Positions 58,101-64,000 of a DNA stretch of 64,000 nt are shown here, piece by piece. The notes beneath the pieces were generated by a model, which did no database searches, was not told the DNA's origin, and saw nothing but the letters and a program-made list of their open reading frames with translations. Location: NCBI GenBank assembly GCA_016432425.1, contig CP066688.1, forward strand, positions 726,647 through 790,646. The letters are read 5' to 3'. The stretch is from Candidatus Daviesbacteria bacterium. GTDB lineage: Bacteria; Patescibacteriota; Microgenomatia; Daviesbacterales; UBA10151. The translations under genes were made by a program, and so were the position numbers. Each line of letters opens with the position of its first letter. Position 1 is the first letter of the stretch.

Positions 58101-59764
58101 ATTATGGGTTCGCAAATCTTGAGCCTGGAACATATAAGGTAAGAGAAGTCTCACAAGATGGTTGGGTACAGAAAACTGAAAACCCCGAAGATATCACCAT
58201 TAATTCCGGAGAAGAAAAAACAGGCATTGATTTTGGTAATTTTAAGAAGGTGATTATTACCGGACTGAAATGGGAGGATCTGAATGCTAATGGAGTAAAA
58301 GAGGATGCTGAACCGGTCTTAGGTGGGTGGAACATTGATGTTAGCAGAGTTACTACCTCGTCTAAACTCTCCGAAGATGGCCTTAGTACCATTCCAATAG
58401 AATTAGTTCAATTACAGCTTACTTCCCAAACAGCTACTAGCAGTGGGGAATTTACTGCTATAGTAGACAGACCAGGAACATATAGAATTACAGAGCAACC
58501 TCAAACTGGTTTCCAACCAACTTCTCCTGGTAAATCTTACACTGATTCATTCTTCGATATTTTTGTAGATTTTAGCGGACAGGTTACTCCTGGCCAGAAA
58601 ACATCAATCACCAAGGATAAAAATGGTAAACTCTTATGGTTTGGCAATGCTCCATACCAGCAAATAGGTGGAACCGGCACCAAATTTGTGCCCACCAGCG
58701 GGAACAGCAGTTTAACTATCTCTTTGATTGTGGTCGATCCCGCCCCCATCTGTCCGGGCGGGGCCTGTGTGACGGTGGAGGGTCAGACAGTGGGCAGTAA
58801 TGTAGTTTTGCAAAGTGGTACCATAATTACTAAAAGCGGTGGAGGAAACTTTGACGCCTCACAGTTGGGCGCCAGCTCTCCTACTTTATCTTCCATGACC
58901 GGATTAGACAGTAATGTGGTAGTTGATGGGGCCCTGCAATGGGGAATTCCTGATTTTGGTTTGGAGTTTAAAGACTCAAATGGAGATCCAAAGCCGATTA
59001 CTTTGAACATTTTTGTTGGCACCAGCCTTAACGGGCAAGTACTAAATGTTGTTCGATCAGCAGGCCTAACCGGACCTTGGGTGAGTGAGGGAATTGAGGA
59101 TCCTAAAACTTGTACAGTTGCTGCAGGAATTTGTACCTTCCAGGCTACTAAAGCCTCATTTTATGCCACCACCCATACTGCTACCACCAGTTCATCTTCC
59201 ACTTCCGGTGGTGGGGTAAGTTTGAGTGCTGCTGGTGCCCCGTCATGCGGTGATACCAAACCAGGCAGCGCTCCAACATTATTATCAGCAACTCCCGGTG
59301 CCAATAGTGTTAACCTGGCATGGTCAAAAGCTGTTAATCCTGTTACTTACTATTTGGTGAATTATTCCACCACTCCCGGAACATTCCAGTTTGGTAACCC
59401 CAATGTGGGCGGATCTGACACTACCAGTTACATAGTTTCCGGATTGTCCGGTGGCGTTACTTATTATTTTAAAGTTAGGGCTGGTAATGGTTGTGCTCCG
59501 GGTTCGTATTCTAATGAACTGGCAGCCACACCAGGTGGGGAAACTATTTCAGGACCTGCTGCCGGATTTGCCCCAGGAATTTTAGGTGTATCTACTGACA
59601 GTCAAGAAAATATTGAAGTTGATACTCAAACAGGTGCAGTTAAGGGTGAGACTACCGGGGAAACTACATCTCCATCAGTTGCTTCTACTTCTATTAATCC
59701 AGTTCAGGCAATTTTTAATTTTCTAGGTACCATATTGGGATGGATAGGATCCTGGTTTAAATGA
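55184..59764 (+). CDS. Large modular surface protein (DNRLRE-like, prealbumin/SdrD-B-like repeats, FN3)
   Basis: Signal peptide; ADAYI...VKFDISSIP; GETVTCTFxN repeats; GSISGxKFxDxDGDG repeats; LSGGVTYYFKVRA; amphipathic C-terminus. Confidence 0.82.
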   Translation: MKIFKKVFAIFSVLALIWSQILAPSLILAQEVTSSSSAELSVSQEPSPTPSPTLILDENLQAPPATESAVIIDTTPAENEPSATVTPEVWQGNEDGSSTTTANVVLNQIYKAPQNDKVTVTFTKLPEPPGTLTIKQIILSQEDKEDLGAFSDTAYEITSTMQNETFEYDLTLPLPSEAKDKDIEIKVAENVDGLDSGETVEPKEKTAEFVKITGLNHFTVFVLVPPATTGVTNQAIAVVADAYIKQDATTTNFGNTGGDIISVYSRTTNMNRRAVVKFDISSIPTGSTVSNATLKLKITNPPDVSRQHDVYKITADWVEGDGGTNNSPVGEVAWDSLNGTRTPTLTFSGSPTSSVTTGTTDNTVISWNVTADVNAYLAGSTTNYGWIIRDSVEDGTSTDDYSVDYAASTATSANRPQLSITFDQSNVSGYHHATSQAAVTSSAGDNTGYQTNPTSVFAPDNIYAVDTDSGTATNDTCTGTGNDKHIFSNFDLDTQIPDGDVIDGIEVRQDLKVDSLTSSPFSCVEISWDGGANWTSVEHKQTLSTTTETSYTFGSSIDTWGRTWSKNGTANDFSNPNFRVRVINGDTNSGGSGRDFSLDWIGAKITHYTPGTIVIIKNSVPNDEQDFSFTTSGDGLSDFSLDDDTDNTLSNQQTFTNLTPGSYDVVEDGVDGWQLTDLSCDDDNSETDLDNGATINVEAGETVTCTFENTKRARIMVDKVTDPSGNPQSFDFNLTGGISEIVDESFSLTDGSEEFSTGFSLEPGDGYSISEDLPEGWDLTSATCSDDSSVDNISLDAGESVTCTFINTKLGSISGYKFYDWDGDGIWDDTEDPIEEWLINLSGAAEEETTTESGEWGDWGYYFFGNLLPGIYNVCEGTENNWIQTFPTSGFGCDNGTVGYEIPLSAGQESTGNNFGNTQPGSISGQKFEDLDGDGIKDEDEIGIEGWTIFLDTDSDGVLDEDEVSTDTDGDGNYGFANLEPGTYKVREVSQDGWVQKTENPEDITINSGEEKTGIDFGNFKKVIITGLKWEDLNANGVKEDAEPVLGGWNIDVSRVTTSSKLSEDGLSTIPIELVQLQLTSQTATSSGEFTAIVDRPGTYRITEQPQTGFQPTSPGKSYTDSFFDIFVDFSGQVTPGQKTSITKDKNGKLLWFGNAPYQQIGGTGTKFVPTSGNSSLTISLIVVDPAPICPGGACVTVEGQTVGSNVVLQSGTIITKSGGGNFDASQLGASSPTLSSMTGLDSNVVVDGALQWGIPDFGLEFKDSNGDPKPITLNIFVGTSLNGQVLNVVRSAGLTGPWVSEGIEDPKTCTVAAGICTFQATKASFYATTHTATTSSSSTSGGGVSLSAAGAPSCGDTKPGSAPTLLSATPGANSVNLAWSKAVNPVTYYLVNYSTTPGTFQFGNPNVGGSDTTSYIVSGLSGGVTYYFKVRAGNGCAPGSYSNELAATPGGETISGPAAGFAPGILGVSTDSQENIEVDTQTGAVKGETTGETTSPSVASTSINPVQAIFNFLGTILGWIGSWFK

Positions 59765-59841
59765 TCCAGTTTGTCCTAGTTGACAAGTTTGGTTTAACTT
59801 TGGTATTGTTTTGGTGATGATTCGATTTTACTCATCATAAT

Positions 59842-60459
59842 ATGCCGGTTACTTTATACAAGAGACAAAAACAGATTTTAGACTTCATTAAACAGTATAT
59901 CGGTAAATATGGTTATTCCCCCACCCTGTCTGAAATTGCTGACAGCATCGGGGTCTCCTCCTTAGCTACTGTCCATGAGCATTTACAAATTCTGGTCTCC
60001 AAAGGTGTGGTCAAAAAATTTGAAGGAGCTGTCAGAGGTTTGGAAGTTATTGACCAAGAAATTTCTCATGCTACTCAAGGGGTAGAACTGCCGATTTTAG
60101 GTTATATTGCGGCCGGACAACCAATTCAAACTTTCACTGACCCTGATGCCACAGTTAAAGTGGCCCCGGCCATGATTTCCGGCAAAAAAAGGTCTTATGT
60201 GCTCCAAGTTAAGGGAGATTCCATGATTGAAGATGGAATTTTAGATGGGGATTACGTCATTATTGAAGAACAAACTATTGCCGCAGACGGAGATATAGTG
60301 GTGGCCTTGCTGGAAAACGGCTTGGCCACACTAAAGCGGTTTTTCCGGGAACCAAATAGGATTAGGTTAGAGCCGGCTAATGCTAGTATGGAGCCAATTT
60401 ATGCCACAGATGTCAAAATTCAAGGGAAATGTGTGGGGGTAATACGAAGATTTCAGTAA
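59842..60459 (+). CDS. lexA: SOS repressor LexA
   Basis: N-terminal wHTH (YSPTLSEI), AAG cleavage site, GDSM Ser, ATLK Lys. Confidence 0.96.
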   Translation: MPVTLYKRQKQILDFIKQYIGKYGYSPTLSEIADSIGVSSLATVHEHLQILVSKGVVKKFEGAVRGLEVIDQEISHATQGVELPILGYIAAGQPIQTFTDPDATVKVAPAMISGKKRSYVLQVKGDSMIEDGILDGDYVIIEEQTIAADGDIVVALLENGLATLKRFFREPNRIRLEPANASMEPIYATDVKIQGKCVGVIRRFQ

Positions 60460-60592
60460 TTACCTAAAAACAACTCCAAAGTTAAAACTCACCTTACAGA
60501 AAAATATCCTATATCTTTAGCAAGGTACGTTTACAGGTTACCATTGTTTAAAACGGTTGTCAAGGCATCCATTTTTAGAGTAATCTGAACAA

Positions 60593-61726
60593 GTGAAAAC
60601 AAGGGTTAGAGACGGAAACCCTTCTAAAGATTTTTCAAGTCTAGACTGCCCGGAAAGGAATTTGTCTAGACTCGTGGAAGAATTTAAGGTTTACCTGCTC
60701 AATAATGATAGAAAAATACGAACAGTTTATAGGCATCTTAAAAACCTCGAAAGAGTTCTTGCCTACTGCCCCAATTTTTCAAAGGAGGAAATTGAAGCGT
60801 ACTTTACGAGCCTTAAAGAACAAGGTTGCAAGAATACTTACTTAAACTCTTTAACTTCTACCATCCGCCAGTATGGTCATTTTAAAAATGACCAAGACTT
60901 AAAGGTATGGAAATTTAGAAAAAAGGAGCAATTCTCCAAAGCTACCATGTCTGATGAAGAAATTGAATCATTCCTCAACTTACAGTTTCAAAAATCAACA
61001 AAACCCTATTACGATAGAAGAACCAATGCCTATCACGAACCATTTTTATTTAAGAGATGGAGGATTTGGAATGCATTTTTTTCAATCATGGCTTTCTCCG
61101 GTATGCGCCCGGGAGAAGTTGCTGCACTGCGGGTTGGTGATATTGATTTTGGGAGGCAGGTATTTGTAATCCGTGATTCAAAGACTAATACTCCGGGGAT
61201 AGCCCCAATTGCTCCCAATGTTATTGAACTAGTCAAAAAACACATTGAGGGATTAACCGGTGAATATCTATTCCCCTCTCCTGAAGGTGGTAAGTCTTGG
61301 AAAGGTAAAGATATGGATGGTGGAGAGCCTATCTTAAACAGTAATGCCTGGCACGACCATTTCCATAAAAGATTAAAAATCTTAGGAATCAAAAGAACAA
61401 ACCTTACTGTCTATAGCTTCCGCCATTCATACGCCACCAGGCTATTAGAATCCAATGTAAGTCTATTCCATGTTAAAAAACTCCTCCGCCACAATGACCT
61501 TAGGAGCACACTGGTATATGAACATCTAACCACAAAAGACTTGATAGACGCTGTTCAAAAATTACCCCTTGTAAGGCGCGGAACCCATCCAAAAACGATT
61601 CTACAGGCAATAGTAGAGCTCATTAAGTCGTTCAAAATTGAAGAGGATGTTCGTTTTAATTATAAAATAGAAGAAAACGAAAACTCAGTTCGCTTTGAGG
61701 TTCATATAAAAGAGGTACACACTTAG
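60593..61726 (+). CDS. Tyrosine recombinase/integrase
   Basis: GMRPGE, DSKT, YSFRHSYAT, LRH, LVY. Confidence 0.9.
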   Translation: MKTRVRDGNPSKDFSSLDCPERNLSRLVEEFKVYLLNNDRKIRTVYRHLKNLERVLAYCPNFSKEEIEAYFTSLKEQGCKNTYLNSLTSTIRQYGHFKNDQDLKVWKFRKKEQFSKATMSDEEIESFLNLQFQKSTKPYYDRRTNAYHEPFLFKRWRIWNAFFSIMAFSGMRPGEVAALRVGDIDFGRQVFVIRDSKTNTPGIAPIAPNVIELVKKHIEGLTGEYLFPSPEGGKSWKGKDMDGGEPILNSNAWHDHFHKRLKILGIKRTNLTVYSFRHSYATRLLESNVSLFHVKKLLRHNDLRSTLVYEHLTTKDLIDAVQKLPLVRRGTHPKTILQAIVELIKSFKIEEDVRFNYKIEENENSVRFEVHIKEVHT

Positions 61727-61727
61727 A

Positions 61728-61955
61728 TTAGAAAGGAAAGATATCCTTAACTTTAGCATCTAAAGCTCTGGCTATCTTATAAATCATTTTTAGATTGGGT
61801 CTTCTATAACCTGTTTCAACATACCCGATAAATGTTGTAGAGACCTTAACCTTTTCAGCTAATTGTTCTTGGGTCATTCCTTTTACCTTTCTAATCTTTT
61901 GGATTTTGCGACCGAGCCTGTAATCCTGCTCGGTTATTTTTTTAACCTTAGACAT
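61728..61955 (-). CDS. XRE-family HTH regulator
   Basis: MTQEQLAEKV...YVETGYRRP. Confidence 0.88.
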   Translation of the reverse strand: MSKVKKITEQDYRLGRKIQKIRKVKGMTQEQLAEKVKVSTTFIGYVETGYRRPNLKMIYKIARALDAKVKDIFPF

Positions 61956-62199
61956 ATGCTAAGGCTACCAATTTATATTGTTAGAGTTTACTAACCCATA
62001 TGTTTATGATTGTGTTCAAAATACCTTGTTTCTTATAAACACATAGGTTAGGATAAAAATTATAAAAGAAAGGAGGATAAATCAACTTACTATATTAGCA
62101 GCTTTAGATAGGCGCACATCTCCCTATTGATTTTAAAATTAAAAAAAGATTAAAATGCTCGGATTGACACGTAAGATTAGAACAGAGTAATCTAACGGC

Positions 62200-62610
62200 G
62201 TGTTCTACTACCTCAAGGATAAATTACTCGCCCTACTTGCTGCCGTGATAGCAGGCCTATCCATAGCTTCTATCATATATATTTATAGAATTCCTGGAAT
62301 CGGCCAAAATTATCATAACCAATTTTTAGGAATCAATTTTAAGTTTTGGATTTTATTAAGACTAATGGAATATATCGTTGTTAGTATTATTGCCGTTTTC
62401 ATTTACCACCTCTTTGCAGAAAGAAGGATTAAGAAGCTGGAAGATAAGTTTAGTAATTACCTAAAGGATTTGGATGAACTAAATGAGGAATGGGCAGATG
62501 AAAATCATGAGCTTTGGGAATTTATAGAGTCTATTTTAAAAGAGAAGGATATTAAAAAGATTAAAAGAAAAGCCAAAAGCCTGCTTAAATCCAGAACTAA
62601 GAGTAAATAA
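62200..62610 (+). CDS. Two-TM protein with coiled-coil tail
   Basis: 136-aa ORF with a TTGACA promoter-like sequence upstream. Confidence 0.6.
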   Translation: MFYYLKDKLLALLAAVIAGLSIASIIYIYRIPGIGQNYHNQFLGINFKFWILLRLMEYIVVSIIAVFIYHLFAERRIKKLEDKFSNYLKDLDELNEEWADENHELWEFIESILKEKDIKKIKRKAKSLLKSRTKSK

Positions 62611-62840
62611 GAATTATATCTTCAGTTTTATCCCCGTTTGCATGTAAACTTCCTTCAGAACATATTCCTTAGAAAAACCTTTTTTTATAAGCATTTCAAA
62701 AAGTATCTTTGCCTCTTTTTCCAACTGCTCTTTAGACTTAGTCTGCATCACGATTCGAGTATATCATTATTTTAATTATCTGATTAAAGAAAAGTACCCC
62801 GTGTGCATTGGGCACGTATAAGTTTTCATAGTTTTTATAA

Positions 62841-63890
62841 TTATTTTTCCTCCCCATGTTTAAAACCCAGGTGATGTTTGAACTTGAATATAACCAGGAT
62901 CTTAAAAATAATAATAACAAGGATTATTCCTATCGTAAAATACGAGAGATTTTTAAGAGAGAACGCATTGAACAGTAAAACAGCAAGACTGGAATGGACA
63001 ATAACTCCTAAGATTATCATCAATCCGATTCCACCGAACAGAAAGTAGTTCTTAATACGTTTTGAATTGTCAGTCATATTCATCATACTCATTTTAAAGT
63101 TAGAAAAATCTTCGGAATGGATGCTCTCTTCGTTTATTCCTATTTCTTTAAGTAATGCTTTCATTGCATTAACCATTTCAGATAGTCCAGCAGTGTAATA
63201 AATAGGTGATTTCAAATCACCCAGATATTTTTTGAGCATTACCTGATCTATAAATCCAGTTTCTCCTTGCCATGATTTTTTCGACTTTTCCATCTGAGTC
63301 ATGGTTGCAATCAATGTAAATTTGGGGTTTTGCTTTGCTAAATTCTGAAGCTCGTCTAAATATGGTGCATCTTCTGGTCTGCGGTTGGAATAGAACAGAA
63401 AGATTTTGTGCGGCAATTTTCTCTCTATAGCATCTTTGATCATAGAATAAGCAGGAACTATGCCAATTCCACCAATCAGAAATACAGCAGGAATTGAAGG
63501 GTCATCATGGATGACAAATGATCCATGCGGACTATGCAGTAATATCTGAATAAGTACCTTTTCTCCAATCTGCATTTTTCCTAAAACTCTTTTAAACGCA
63601 GAATCCGTCATTCTCATAGCAACAATTAAATCTTTATCTTTTGGGGTATTTGCCAGAGTCAGAAATCTGCTATTTCCCTTACTATCAGTTTCCGGAGGAT
63701 TAAGAAGCGTCATCCGAACATGCTGACCGGCATTAAAATGAAACTCCTGAGGTTTTTCAAAAATAAATTCGTACGTTCTTTCTGCTATCAGTTTTTTACC
63801 CTTCAAAGCGATTTCAAATGACGCTTTCTCCATTGAATTCATAGACTTGTCCAACCCCAGATGACCAAGAAGCATGTTGTAGTGTTTCAT
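62841..63890 (-). CDS. FAD/NAD(P)-binding oxidoreductase (FNR-like) with C-terminal TM pair
   Basis: AGQH, RFLT, SPHGSF, GGIGIVP, LFYSNR, EDF; the true start may be a few codons downstream. Confidence 0.85.
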   Translation of the reverse strand: MKHYNMLLGHLGLDKSMNSMEKASFEIALKGKKLIAERTYEFIFEKPQEFHFNAGQHVRMTLLNPPETDSKGNSRFLTLANTPKDKDLIVAMRMTDSAFKRVLGKMQIGEKVLIQILLHSPHGSFVIHDDPSIPAVFLIGGIGIVPAYSMIKDAIERKLPHKIFLFYSNRRPEDAPYLDELQNLAKQNPKFTLIATMTQMEKSKKSWQGETGFIDQVMLKKYLGDLKSPIYYTAGLSEMVNAMKALLKEIGINEESIHSEDFSNFKMSMMNMTDNSKRIKNYFLFGGIGLMIILGVIVHSSLAVLLFNAFSLKNLSYFTIGIILVIIIFKILVIFKFKHHLGFKHGEEK

Positions 63891-63904
63891 ATATTCTTTA
63901 TTAA

Positions 63905-64000
63905 CTAAGACTTTGACGTGATTTTCTTGTGTAATCGCACGAACTCCTCCAGCTCACCATCAGTCAACCCGTCAAACATATCTCCCATTTCATTTATGCG
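63905..64000 (-). CDS. C-terminal fragment of a probable MarR-type regulator (partial)
   Basis: RINEMGDMFDGLTDGELEEFVRLHKKITSKS-stop resembles a MarR C-terminal helix. Confidence 0.45.
   Translation of the reverse strand, partial: RINEMGDMFDGLTDGELEEFVRLHKKITSKS

Noticed and set aside
55159-59022. Short ORFs within the 1526-aa gene
   Set aside because: Antisense or out-of-frame shadows.
62615-62740. Minus-strand gene remnant ending EVYMQTGIKLKI
   Set aside because: Too short to assign, with no start or recognisable motif.

Overview
AT-rich bacterial chromosome segment. Gene content and style (MurT, RRM protein, many small membrane proteins, dispersed tRNAs, apparently leaderless genes, GC-rich palindromic repeats) suggest Patescibacteria/CPR, probably Microgenomates; this is inference only. 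It holds 13 tRNA genes, a cell-wall cluster (murT, two lysozyme-like proteins, yvcK), a DNA-repair region (uvrC, uvrA, uvrB, a Rad52-family protein, lexA), secG, tsaC, surface-glycosylation genes, a 1526-aa surface protein and the left part of a tyrosine-integrase element. The strongest candidates for novelty are: (1) an operon of three secreted paralogues built from one ~85-aa Asn/Thr/Asp/Gly repeat (unanchored, membrane-anchored and LPxTG-anchored forms) behind a structured leader, flanked by a subtilase and a 1505-aa MnxG-like multicopper oxidase, possibly a new fibre or functional-amyloid system; (2) a GIY-YIG nuclease inside a repeat-bounded unit at tRNA-Gln, with an empty second copy and related palindromes inserted in frame in uvrA and uvrC; (3) a tRNA-Gly-linked MetRS + methyltransferase + two PLP enzymes + nucleotidyltransferase cluster; (4) an orphan structured-RNA candidate at about 10.93-11.27 kb; (5) an XRE/ImmA-like/HNH switch in a tRNA-Gly island. 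All calls come from reading motifs by eye; no database searches were run.
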